NCBI GenBank assembly: GCA_934699525.1
Contig: CAKUWP010000011.1
Span: forward strand, 1,611-65,610
Direction of reading: 5' to 3'
Length of the DNA stretch: 64,000 nucleotides
Source of the DNA: an uncultured Bacilli bacterium
GTDB lineage: Bacteria > Bacillota_I > Bacilli_A > RFN20 > CAG-826
Positions 29,526 through 38,811 of the stretch are shown here, piece by piece; position 1 is the first letter of the stretch; every line of letters starts with the position of its first letter. The position numbers were made by a program, and so were the translations under genes. The notes beneath the pieces were generated by a model. It ran no database searches. It was not told the DNA's origin and saw nothing but the letters and a program-made list of their open reading frames with translations.

Positions 29526-29885
29526 ATGAAAGAGCAACCAAAGGAATTAACAATTGCCGTCAATACATTGGAAGAGCACAAGGCGGAAAACATTCAAGTC
29601 ATCGAAGTGGAAGACTTGAATCCGTTTTGTTCCTATTATGTTTTAGCAACCGCACAAAACGTCCGAGCATTAAAAGCAAACTTTGACTATCTTGAAGAAG
29701 CGTTTTTTAAGAACGGAATCGAAATGCCAGTTTCCGATGCCGAAGAGGAATCCGGTTGGGTAATTCTCCAAGGCGGAGATGTTATCGTCCATGTTTTCTT
29801 AGCGGAAATGAGAGAAAAGATCTCCTTGGAAAAGCTTATCGAATCCATTCGTGAAAAGAACCAAAATAAAGAAAAAGAAGATTAA
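29526..29885 (+). CDS. rsfS: ribosomal silencing factor RsfS
   Basis: 119 aa Iojap/RsfS family. Completes the yqeG-yqeH-yhbY-nadD-yqeK-rsfS order. Confidence 0.85.
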   Translation: MKEQPKELTIAVNTLEEHKAENIQVIEVEDLNPFCSYYVLATAQNVRALKANFDYLEEAFFKNGIEMPVSDAEEESGWVILQGGDVIVHVFLAEMREKISLEKLIESIREKNQNKEKED

Positions 29886-29901
29886 AAAGTCAACAAATCA
29901 T

Positions 29902-29929
29902 AGCCGCTTAAATGCGGCTTTTATTTTTT
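29902..29929 (+). terminator. intrinsic terminator after rsfS
   Basis: AGCCGC-ttaaat-GCGGCT stem followed by TTTTATTTTTT. Confidence 0.75.
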
Positions 29930-29939
29930 AAAATATATA

Positions 29940-29967
29940 ACTTCGTATAATGTCCATTATGTTAAGT
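29940..29967. other. dif: dif chromosome-dimer resolution site (XerCD-type 11-6-11 recombination site)
   Basis: ACTTCGTATAA-TGTCCA-TTATGTTAAGT against B. subtilis dif ACTTCCTAGAA-TATATA-TTATGTAAACT: 9/11 matches in each arm. The right arm also matches E. coli dif TTATGTTAAAT at 10/11. Sits exactly at the point where + and - strand genes converge. Confidence 0.65.
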
Positions 29968-30360
29968 AATAAAATAAATAATATGAGTTTATCGAAGTTA
30001 TTAAATATTAAGATTTTTTGTCTTTATAAATAAACACCTCTATCATAGATGAGTTTTCCACTTTTTAACAATTACTAAATAACTACTAACATCCTATTTC
30101 AAAAATTTCATTTGTTTTTTCATCTTGCATGTAGAAAACACAGAACATTTTTTCTAGTACTGCTTCCTCTTTTTAGGCATTGCCAATTTGTCCTGGATTC
30201 AAATTCTTTCTCCGATATCTTTTGGATGGATTTATTAATCATTATTAAAATTAAGTTCTAGTTTCCGTTTTGTTATATATTAGATTTAGGCCACAAAATG
30301 CTTGAAAAACCAAAACCAAAAATAAGCTTTGATTTTAACCTCAAAACAGTTTTATCTTTT

Positions 30361-31179
30361 TTATTCTACGTCTACCTTGATTCTAGAAGAAACAAAATTT
30401 AAAACAACGTCAACCAAAGCAACCATTGCCAATGCGATCAGGCTATAGGGAATAATATTCTCTACCTCTCCATTAATCTGACTATTAGAAATCAATCCGC
30501 CCAGGGATGGTTTGGAATTAGAGTTCGCACAAAGAATCTCTGACATGATTAGAACCTTTACAGATAATCCAAAACTTTGTATCGCACCCAAACGGATATA
30601 GGGGGCGCCATTAGGCCAACGGACATAGGCTACTGCCGGTGCAGCGTTCCTCCCACATTCCAAATCCAATGCTTCTAACAATTCGCTCGAATCATTTTTT
30701 AAACCTTTTAGAACGGACTCATAAATCAAAGGGAACGCTACGAGAAAGACCAAAGCGCATGGAATAAACGTGATCGCATTCCTTGATTTAGGGGTGAAGA
30801 AAATTCCGATAAAAAGTAAAACGGCTGCCGCCGTTGGAATAGTTCGACTTAGAACTATCCATGGTTTTAGTATGAATTCCATCTTTTGGTGACACGCTGC
30901 CAACGTTCCTAAAACAATTCCCAAGACATAGGAAATCGAAAAGCCAATCAGCAAACGCAATAAAGTCCAACCGATGGCAATCCAATTCTTTTTTGCTTCC
31001 TTGGGAGAAAAAAGAAAAACGAATGCCTTTCCAAATGCTTCATGCGGATAAGGGAAAACCATATTCCCATTCTTTTTTAAAAAATAGGAAACCAAGAACC
31101 ATGCAGCGATAATCAAAAGAACGCCAATAAGAATATAGACAATGCGATCGGATTCTTTTTTACCGCTTTTTCTCTTCAA
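30361..31179 (-). CDS. ABC importer permease (binding-protein-dependent; NitT/TauT or ThiX-like)
   Basis: 6 TM helices and an EAA-like loop ELLEALDLECGRNAAPAVAYV. 272 aa. Confidence 0.7.
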   Translation of the reverse strand: MKRKSGKKESDRIVYILIGVLLIIAAWFLVSYFLKKNGNMVFPYPHEAFGKAFVFLFSPKEAKKNWIAIGWTLLRLLIGFSISYVLGIVLGTLAACHQKMEFILKPWIVLSRTIPTAAAVLLFIGIFFTPKSRNAITFIPCALVFLVAFPLIYESVLKGLKNDSSELLEALDLECGRNAAPAVAYVRWPNGAPYIRLGAIQSFGLSVKVLIMSEILCANSNSKPSLGGLISNSQINGEVENIIPYSLIALAMVALVDVVLNFVSSRIKVDVE

Positions 31180-31183
31180 AGGT

Positions 31184-32194
31184 TTATCTCCAATTCAAAA
31201 TGCTTGTTTCGCTAAATACAGGAAGACCCAAAGTCGATTGAAAATCATTCGCCATAGCAAGCAAGGATTTCAAATCCACGTCGCAGTTTGAATAATGCAA
31301 TTTATTAGACCCATCCTCAATTAATTGCTTTACCAAATTCGAAGAAGGGAATCCAAATCTCTCCGTCAACGACATTCCCTTTTCTTCATAAGAAGATAGA
31401 GTTTGCAAAACTTGGGGATTGCCCAGTCGAACGGATTGAATATTGGATTGAATATCATTAAGCCAATTCACCGTTTCAGAGGGATGTTCTAAATAAGTTC
31501 GTTCACGAACAAATATAGCAGCCGCAGGTACCTTAACTCCGTTGTGATTGGTAGAAAAGTCCGCTTGAAGATCGCTGATTACGTGCAACGTTTTATTCTG
31601 GGAGGCAAATTTTTGTTTTAACAAGCTCAGCGCAGGCTCAGCCACCACATAAAAATCAAACGCTTCAGGGTTGCTAAGCAAATTCTTTTGGACCACGTCA
31701 ACGCCGGTCTCATAAACGATTTTGTCATCGAGGGAGCTTCCATTCGAATATTCTCCCCATTGAAAGGTATTCGCTGCGACGTCACGGAAAAGAACCGATG
31801 CGGTGCCACTAGCAACAAAAGCATCGATAGTAGGCCTATTTTCTAGGTTTTTTGCTCCATCTTTATCGTATTTAGCGGAAACCAAATAGAAGGAGCCTTC
31901 ATTGATCCAACTAGCAAGGCGATAGGGGCGTTGCTGCTTTTCGATGAGGTTTAAACCGGTAATGCCGTCGAAGACAATCGCATCATAGGAGGCGGAGGCA
32001 AATGCGGCAGGAATGAGCGCGGCCGGCGTAGAGGTAGAAACCCAATTGGAATTTTCCGCTTCGCTATAAAAGGCCAAAGTCGGGGAGCCCGTGGGCGAAA
32101 GCCAGGATAATTCGTAGGAAATCTTTTCTTCTCCCCCACAGGAAAATAGCAAACTAGCAAACGCTAGAACGAATAGAGACTTAGGCTTTTTCAT
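31184..32194 (-). CDS. lipoprotein, putative ABC substrate-binding protein (NMT1/THI5-like?)
   Basis: Signal peptide with lipobox LFSCGG. 336 aa. Immediately upstream of the permease. Start overlaps the deoB stop. Confidence 0.55.
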   Translation of the reverse strand: MKKPKSLFVLAFASLLFSCGGEEKISYELSWLSPTGSPTLAFYSEAENSNWVSTSTPAALIPAAFASASYDAIVFDGITGLNLIEKQQRPYRLASWINEGSFYLVSAKYDKDGAKNLENRPTIDAFVASGTASVLFRDVAANTFQWGEYSNGSSLDDKIVYETGVDVVQKNLLSNPEAFDFYVVAEPALSLLKQKFASQNKTLHVISDLQADFSTNHNGVKVPAAAIFVRERTYLEHPSETVNWLNDIQSNIQSVRLGNPQVLQTLSSYEEKGMSLTERFGFPSSNLVKQLIEDGSNKLHYSNCDVDLKSLLAMANDFQSTLGLPVFSETSILNWR

Positions 32195-33414
32195 TCGAAA
32201 ATCTCCTTAAGGGGCTCTCCGATAAGGTCATTGTTCCTCTTAAGGCCAAAATTTTCCAAAATTGTCGCACCCATCACTCCGAATGTTGGGGCCTCTTCCA
32301 ATTGACGGCCTTTCTTGAAGGAAGGGGAATAAATAAGCAAAGGAACTTTTTCACGCGTATGGTCCGTTCCGTGGAAGGTCGGGTCATTGCCATGGTCGGC
32401 CGTAATCATGAGCAAGTCATCATCCCGCATATGAGAAATAAATTCTCCTACCCTCTTATCAAAGGCTTCCAAGGCACGAGCATAGCCAACAGGATTTCTG
32501 CGGTGGCCAAATTCGCTATCGAATTCCACCAAATTGACGAAGCAAATGCCAGTGAAATCTTTATTTTTAAGTTGATCAATCGTCTTATCCATGCCATCTT
32601 CGTTGGAGACGGTATGCTGGGTTTCCGTAACTCCTTTTCCGTTGAAGATATCGCAGATTTTTCCCACGCAAGACACGGTGAATCCGTTTTGTTCTAGGAT
32701 ATTCATATCTGTATCTTCTTCTGGGGAAAGAGCGTAATCGTGGCGGTCGCCTCCAACGCGGCGGAAATCATCTTTATTGGTGCCCACATAAGGACGAGCG
32801 ATAACGCGGCCCACCTTCCATTCCGGCTTCATGCAAAGGCGACGAGCAATTTCACAGCACCGGTACAATTCTTGCAAACCCGTAACTTCTTCGTGCGCGG
32901 CGATTTGAAGAACGCTATCCGCGGATGTATAAACGATCAAAGAATTTTCCTTCATTTGTTCTTCCCCGAGAACACGTAAAATCTCCGTGCCGCTGGAGGA
33001 GTAATTTCCAATAAGCTTATGACCTGTCTGTTGGGACAATTCGTCCATCAATTCTTTTGGAAAGCCCGTCTCCGTAAAAGTTTGGAACGGTTTTACCGTA
33101 TTAACGCCCATCATTTCCCAGTGACCCGTCATGGTGTCTTTTCCACGACTCGTCTCTCGGCAGGTTAAGCAATAAGCCTTGGGGTGATCAACTTTAGAAA
33201 CCCCGGGGATATCGTCTAAATCGCCTAAGCCCATGGATTCCATGAAAGGCACATGAATTTGCCCGACACTTTCCGCGGCATGTTTCCATGTATTGGAACC
33301 GCAATCTCCGAATTCGGCGGCATCGGGTTCTTCCCCGACTCCGGCACTGTCAGCAACGATGAGAAAGATTCGTTGGAAAGGGTATTTTTTGCTCATGTTT
33401 TGCATTTCCTCCAT
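32191..33414 (-). CDS. deoB: phosphopentomutase
   Basis: 407 aa alkaline-phosphatase superfamily protein with DeoB motifs (VADSAGVG.., TADHGNDPT). Confidence 0.85.
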   Translation of the reverse strand: MEEMQNMSKKYPFQRIFLIVADSAGVGEEPDAAEFGDCGSNTWKHAAESVGQIHVPFMESMGLGDLDDIPGVSKVDHPKAYCLTCRETSRGKDTMTGHWEMMGVNTVKPFQTFTETGFPKELMDELSQQTGHKLIGNYSSSGTEILRVLGEEQMKENSLIVYTSADSVLQIAAHEEVTGLQELYRCCEIARRLCMKPEWKVGRVIARPYVGTNKDDFRRVGGDRHDYALSPEEDTDMNILEQNGFTVSCVGKICDIFNGKGVTETQHTVSNEDGMDKTIDQLKNKDFTGICFVNLVEFDSEFGHRRNPVGYARALEAFDKRVGEFISHMRDDDLLMITADHGNDPTFHGTDHTREKVPLLIYSPSFKKGRQLEEAPTFGVMGATILENFGLKRNNDLIGEPLKEIFE

Positions 33415-33427
33415 TACAAATTATATC

Positions 33428-34318
33428 CTATTTTCGACTTCCGTATTTAGAATACGCATCCATAATCCTTCGCTCGGAAACGTGGGTGTAAATTTCCGTG
33501 GTCTCTAAGTGAGCGTGGCCAAGCATTTCTTGAACGGCGCGAAGATCAGCTCCATTTTCAAGTAAATGCGTGGCGAAGCAATGACGCAAGGTGTGGGGAC
33601 TGACGTTTTTATCGATCCCGGCTTCTAACGCATATTTTTTGACTTGCATGAAGAAATATTGACGGGATATTACCTCTCCGTTTTGATTAAGGAAAAGATA
33701 GGCGTTGCGTTTCTTTTTCGAGCGGGAAAGAAATTGTTTCCTCGGCCCATCCAAATATTTTTTTAAATAACCCATGGCAAAGTCACCGATTGGAACGGTT
33801 CTTTGTTTTTCGCCTTTCCCTTTTGCTACGGTAACTAGGCCGTTTTCGAGGTTAAGGTTGGACAATTTCAAATGGCAGAGCTCGCTAACCCGCAGCCCTG
33901 TTGCATACATTGTTTCGAGCATCGCCCGGTCGCGAACACCGGAGGGACTATCTTCGTTGGGTTGCTCAAGCAGATTCTCGACTTCATCGAAATTTAATAC
34001 GACAGGAATTCTTTTTTCTCCTTTTGGCCTCGTGATTTTATCCACAGCAAAGGAAACATATCCTCTTCGAGAAAGGAAGCGATAGAAACCATAAAGGCAA
34101 GAAAGCCGGCGGGCTATCGTGGAAGAGGCCCTTTCTTTCATTCCCTGTTCAATGGCAAAATCGTCAAAATCATCCGTATTCAAATCGGAAAGGGATTTTT
34201 TATCGGGGAAGGTTTCGAAAAATACTTTCAAATCCTCGCGGTAGCACCTTAAAGTGGAAGCTTCGCGTTCCACGCTCACATAAAGCAAATATTCTTCGAT
34301 AGCATCCGCGATTTCCAT
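33428..34318 (-). CDS. xerD: tyrosine recombinase, XerD/XerC family
   Basis: R..HxxR..Y catalytic signature (TLRHCFATHLL, LGHAHLETTEIYTHV). 296 aa. About 3.5 kb from the dif site. Confidence 0.8.
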   Translation of the reverse strand: MEIADAIEEYLLYVSVEREASTLRCYREDLKVFFETFPDKKSLSDLNTDDFDDFAIEQGMKERASSTIARRLSCLYGFYRFLSRRGYVSFAVDKITRPKGEKRIPVVLNFDEVENLLEQPNEDSPSGVRDRAMLETMYATGLRVSELCHLKLSNLNLENGLVTVAKGKGEKQRTVPIGDFAMGYLKKYLDGPRKQFLSRSKKKRNAYLFLNQNGEVISRQYFFMQVKKYALEAGIDKNVSPHTLRHCFATHLLENGADLRAVQEMLGHAHLETTEIYTHVSERRIMDAYSKYGSRK

Positions 34319-34319
34319 C

Positions 34320-35507
34320 TTATTTTCCCTTGGCTTGACTGGCCCGCGTTAAATACGGCCCATCCATTTGGCGGTTCAGTTCCTCAATCAAAAGTTTGGT
34401 CGCGTCTTCCTCTTCGAAAGAAGAATAATTCCAAAAAGACATTTGAACGTTTTGTTTGGCTCGATCATCCAATTTGGATAAAGCAATGCTAACCAAGCGA
34501 AATTTAAACGATTCCCCTTCTCCCACAAAATTCGAATAAAGTTGCCGAACAATTCGATACAAATCATGTTCGCTGAATATCGGGTAATCAAAGGTTTCGG
34601 ACTTTAAATGCATCCGAAAATCGGTATCTTTTAAACCCAATGAGACCGTTTTTCCTACCTTCCCCGTTTGAAGAGCGCGAATGGAAACAGCGTGACACAA
34701 TTGTTTAATGGTTTCCTCCACTTCCGAGAAGGAATTTGCATCATGAAGGAGAGTCTCGGCACAGCTGATGCTCTTTGCGTCCTCGGTTTCTCCAATGACC
34801 GTATCCTCTCCGTATCCAGAGATCCATTCTTTGGCCGTGGAAGCAAATTTCCCGAGAATCTTTGTAGCGGGGGATTCGCTATTTTGTAAAGCAGAATAGA
34901 GGTCACCGATGGTTTGTACCCCCGCTTCTTTCAGCGCTGGGGCGGTTTTCTTCCCGATTCCCCAAAAGGATTCAATAGGAAGGGGATAGAGAAGAGTTGG
35001 GATGTCACGTCGACGAAGCAAGACCAAACCCATTGGTTTTTTCATATCGCTAGCCATTTTGGCCAGCCATTTGGTCGGAGCGACGCCTATGGAACATTTA
35101 AGTCCCGTTTCATTTTGCAGTCCTAGTTGAAATAATCGCAAAGCCTCGATAGGGTCTTTTTTGGAAGATAAATATTCGGTCATGTCGACAAATCCCTCGT
35201 CGACACTGGCCTTTTCAACTAGCGATGAAAAGCGGGATAAATAGCCGAAAAAACTATGGGACATCACTCGATAATAAGAAAAATCCGGGTGAATTACTTT
35301 TAAATTCGGACATTTTTCTAAAGCTTGAAAAGTCGGTTGGCCGCTATGAACTCCGAATTTGCGCGCACAATAGTTCGCCGTCGAAACAATTCCGCTACGC
35401 CCTTTATCACCAATAGCTACCGGGACATTTGCCAAAGAAGGATCGCGAATCTCTTCGCAGGTGGCAAAAAAGGCATTCAGGTCCACATGTACGATGATTT
35501 TAGCCAT
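34320..35507 (-). CDS. dinB: DNA polymerase IV (Y-family)
   Basis: MAKIIVHVDLNAFFATCEE.. UmuC/DinB N-terminus. 395 aa. Confidence 0.85.
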   Translation of the reverse strand: MAKIIVHVDLNAFFATCEEIRDPSLANVPVAIGDKGRSGIVSTANYCARKFGVHSGQPTFQALEKCPNLKVIHPDFSYYRVMSHSFFGYLSRFSSLVEKASVDEGFVDMTEYLSSKKDPIEALRLFQLGLQNETGLKCSIGVAPTKWLAKMASDMKKPMGLVLLRRRDIPTLLYPLPIESFWGIGKKTAPALKEAGVQTIGDLYSALQNSESPATKILGKFASTAKEWISGYGEDTVIGETEDAKSISCAETLLHDANSFSEVEETIKQLCHAVSIRALQTGKVGKTVSLGLKDTDFRMHLKSETFDYPIFSEHDLYRIVRQLYSNFVGEGESFKFRLVSIALSKLDDRAKQNVQMSFWNYSSFEEEDATKLLIEELNRQMDGPYLTRASQAKGK

Positions 35508-37389
35508 TTTTTACGCTCCCAAGGATTTGCTCAAAAACTTGTTCTGGGTCTAATTGAAGTTCCTTTTCTTGTTCCGCGCGCGTGGGCGAAAAAGGGATAA
35601 AGGAATTGGGAACGCAGAAACATTTTACTTTGCCTTGGTAGCCTTTTTCCATGAGGTCAGAAAGAATGGAGGAGCAAAACCCCTCTTTGGTACCATAAGC
35701 ATCGTAAATGAAGACTTGTTTATAAGGCAGCAATCGATCGATTTCTTCTTTTTTATAATCGTTTAGGAACAAAGGACATGCTATTTCAACCTCCGTTCCA
35801 GAATTCTTTATTTTTTGCGCCAGTACATTTGCTTTTGGCCCTACACACAAAAGAATCGCTTCTTGTGTAGTTGTTATTCCATAGAAATGAAACCGGCCAA
35901 TCTCTAATGGGTTTTTATGCCCTACGGGGCCAGGAATTGTGTCTTCGCAAGTAATTCGAATGGCCGTAACTCCCTTTTGTTCAAAACTTAGGTTGAATAA
36001 AAATTCAGCTTCCTCCGCATTAGAAGGCATCCAGACATGCGTGTTAGGAATACTTTTTAAATATGCTTCATCGTAAATACCCTGATGAGTCTCGCCATCT
36101 TTGCCCACTAAGCCACATCGGTCCAACAAAATCGTTAAATTTGCGCCCATTCGAGCACAGTCATGGCTGATTTCGTCGTACGCTCTTTGCAAGAAAGTAG
36201 AATAAATCGATAGAATCGGGTGAAAACCGTTAAGGGACAATGCGCCGCAATAGGTTGCCGCGTGTTCCTCGGCAATGCCGCAATCCACGCATTGCTTGGG
36301 AAATTCTAAAAACACAGGCTGCAATCGGCTCCCGAAAGAAGTCGCAGGGCAGATTAACATAGAGTTCGGGTCCGAACGAAGTTTTTCCTCGACTAGGCTC
36401 GAGAAAAGAATTTGCCATGGTAAAGAAGGAATTTGGGCAGCTTCCGCTTTTGGATCATTGATTTTAAAATGACCGGGTGCATGCCAAAACCCCGTTTTAT
36501 CCATCTCGGCGAGTTGATATCCTTTGCCCTTAAGTGTCTTGCAATGAATTAGCGTGGGTTTTGTCGTCCTTTTTGCCTTTTCAAAAGCTTTGTCCAATTC
36601 TTTAATATCGTTGCCGTTAATCGGCCCAATATACGTAAATCCGAGATTTTCAAAACCGTTAAAAGAGATTAATTTTCTCTTAAGCGAGTTTTTTATATGA
36701 TACGAAAAGTCGTAAATTTTTTTCCAAAAACGCCCTTTTCTAGCCTGTTCTCGAAAACTTTTCTTAAAGGAATTGTAGGTTTTGGCCGAACTAATTTTAC
36801 GAAAAAAACTTTTGACGCCACCGACACTAGGAGTAATAGACATTCCATTATCATTAAGAACAACGATAATTTTAGATTGACTGCCCCCAATAGCGTTTAG
36901 GCCTTCAAAAGCCAAACCATTAGCAATCGAGGCGTCGCCGATAACCACCACGATTTGCTCGTCGTTAGAGCCTTTTATATCTCTAGCGTGCGCAAACGCT
37001 AAAGCAGCGCTTAGCGAATTCGAGCTGTGCCCAGCATCGTAACAGTCAAAAGGGGATTCTATTCTTTTTTGAAATCCGGCAATTCCGTTTTTGCAAAACA
37101 GAAACTCGAGATTTCTACCGCTTAAAATTTTATAGGCATAGCATTGATGACCGACATCAAAGATTACCTTGTCATTCGGCAAATCGAAATTTCGGAATAA
37201 ACTGATGCTTATCTCAACGGACCCTAAATTGGAGGACAAGTGTCCGCCCCGAGTGGAAACCGTATCAATAATTTGTTTTCTTAAATAGTCAGAAAGGATA
37301 TTGAGTTCAGGGTATGTTAAAGATTTAACCATTTTTTGGTCTTTAAAATCATTTTCGTTAAAAACACGCTTGGTTAGACACTTTTTCAT
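35500..37389 (-). CDS. dxs: 1-deoxy-D-xylulose-5-phosphate synthase
   Basis: TPP-binding region GGHLSSNLG, transketolase-like domains. 629 aa. The true start may be the internal M at 37332. Confidence 0.85.
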   Translation of the reverse strand: MKKCLTKRVFNENDFKDQKMVKSLTYPELNILSDYLRKQIIDTVSTRGGHLSSNLGSVEISISLFRNFDLPNDKVIFDVGHQCYAYKILSGRNLEFLFCKNGIAGFQKRIESPFDCYDAGHSSNSLSAALAFAHARDIKGSNDEQIVVVIGDASIANGLAFEGLNAIGGSQSKIIVVLNDNGMSITPSVGGVKSFFRKISSAKTYNSFKKSFREQARKGRFWKKIYDFSYHIKNSLKRKLISFNGFENLGFTYIGPINGNDIKELDKAFEKAKRTTKPTLIHCKTLKGKGYQLAEMDKTGFWHAPGHFKINDPKAEAAQIPSLPWQILFSSLVEEKLRSDPNSMLICPATSFGSRLQPVFLEFPKQCVDCGIAEEHAATYCGALSLNGFHPILSIYSTFLQRAYDEISHDCARMGANLTILLDRCGLVGKDGETHQGIYDEAYLKSIPNTHVWMPSNAEEAEFLFNLSFEQKGVTAIRITCEDTIPGPVGHKNPLEIGRFHFYGITTTQEAILLCVGPKANVLAQKIKNSGTEVEIACPLFLNDYKKEEIDRLLPYKQVFIYDAYGTKEGFCSSILSDLMEKGYQGKVKCFCVPNSFIPFSPTRAEQEKELQLDPEQVFEQILGSVKNG

Positions 37390-37415
37390 ACTAATAAACT
37401 ACTAATATATTACTT

Positions 37416-37607
37416 TTATTCTACTTTATCTCCTAATAGCTTTTCCGCTTCATCAATTTGAGAATTTAAAATCGCAATTAGATTTTTCGCCTCTTTATAA
37501 AGGCTCATCGCATCCGCTAAAGGTAAAACATTCTCATTCATTTTAGTGGCGATTTCATTCAGCCTTTTTAACCCTTCTTCAAAGGTAATTTCCTTTTCAT
37601 TTTCCAT
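37416..37607 (-). CDS. xseB: exodeoxyribonuclease VII small subunit
   Basis: 63-aa helical protein immediately downstream of xseA. Confidence 0.8.
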   Translation of the reverse strand: MENEKEITFEEGLKRLNEIATKMNENVLPLADAMSLYKEAKNLIAILNSQIDEAEKLLGDKVE

Positions 37608-37617
37608 GCGTTTCTCC

Positions 37618-38811
37618 TTATTTTACAATGGAAACTAACTCTCCATCCGCTAACATTGTTTTAATTTCGTCTCCTGAATGAACCTCTTTTTTGTTCTTCA
37701 GAATATTTCCCGAAGAATCCAAAGTCATCGTGTATCCTCGTTCCAACACTTTTTTAGGATCCATTGCGTTGATTCGATCAAATGCGGACGCCGCTTCTGC
37801 TTTCCAAAGCATAATTTTTCTTCCGTATCCATTGTAAACGGATTGTTTGAACAACTCAATTTGGCCCCTTTTGTTTTCATAAATGCTTTTTAAATTAGTG
37901 AAACAGGGCTTATGGGAAAGCGAATCCACTTCTCCCGCCTTCCTTTGAATGCAGGAAGTGTATAAAGCCGTCAAATTTCGTTGCATATCATCCAAGCGTA
38001 GTCGAACTTCATCTTTATTGGGAACAGCGGCTACAGCGGCCGCGGTCGGGGTAGAAACCCTTTTGTCTGCAGCAAAGTCCGTCAATGTGATATCCACTTC
38101 ATGTCCGACCGCTGAAATAACGGGCACGCGGCAAGCGGCAACTTTTCGAACAACCATTTCATCGTTAAAAGCTCCAAGGTCCTCGCTAGAACCGCCACCG
38201 CGTCCCACGATTAAAACGTCGATAGGAGATTTTTCCGCCTCCGTAATCGCCCGAATAATATCTTTGGGGGCATCATTGCCTTGAACTAAGCTAGGGAAAA
38301 CATAAATTTTCGCTATCGGCCAACGATTCCTTAAATTCGTTTCAATATCTTTAAGTCCAGCGCTATGGAGTCCGGCCACAACGCCAACGCTACGAGGAAA
38401 TTGAGGAATGTTGCGCTTTTTTGTTGGATCAAATATTCCCTCATTAGCCAATTTTTTCTTCAATTCTTCTAATTGAAGCAACGCCAAACCCACCCCGCTT
38501 TTTTCGATTGAGATAACGCTAAGCTGATAATTTCCTCTAGGCGGATATAGCGTCAACCGGCCAGCCACAATGACTTGATCGCCGTCTTGGGGCATAGACT
38601 TTCCTAGAATTTTCATTTTTTCTACCGCCGACGCCCACATAACGGCAGAAAGGACAGATTGGCTATCCTTTAAACTAAAATAAGCGTGCCCGGATCGGTA
38701 AATTTTAAAATTGCTTACTTCACCTGTCACGTATAGGGTATAAGGAAAAAGAGCCTCAAGGCCCTCTTTTATTTGAAAAGATAAATCGCTGACCGATAAG
38801 TATTTAGGCAT
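37618..38811 (-). CDS. xseA: exodeoxyribonuclease VII large subunit
   Basis: N-terminal OB fold plus catalytic domain. 397 aa. nusB-xseA-xseB synteny. Confidence 0.85.
   Translation of the reverse strand: MPKYLSVSDLSFQIKEGLEALFPYTLYVTGEVSNFKIYRSGHAYFSLKDSQSVLSAVMWASAVEKMKILGKSMPQDGDQVIVAGRLTLYPPRGNYQLSVISIEKSGVGLALLQLEELKKKLANEGIFDPTKKRNIPQFPRSVGVVAGLHSAGLKDIETNLRNRWPIAKIYVFPSLVQGNDAPKDIIRAITEAEKSPIDVLIVGRGGGSSEDLGAFNDEMVVRKVAACRVPVISAVGHEVDITLTDFAADKRVSTPTAAAVAAVPNKDEVRLRLDDMQRNLTALYTSCIQRKAGEVDSLSHKPCFTNLKSIYENKRGQIELFKQSVYNGYGRKIMLWKAEAASAFDRINAMDPKKVLERGYTMTLDSSGNILKNKKEVHSGDEIKTMLADGELVSIVK

Noticed and set aside
29938-29971. 17-nt exact match to loxP (ATAACTTCGTATAATGT) and overall 26/34 identity to a loxP site, suggesting an engineered Cre/lox scar
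   Set aside because: The right arm and spacer diverge from loxP. The same sequence fits the native 28-bp dif consensus better, and it lies at the gene-orientation convergence point. Cre/lox and Xer/dif sites are evolutionarily related, so partial identity is expected.
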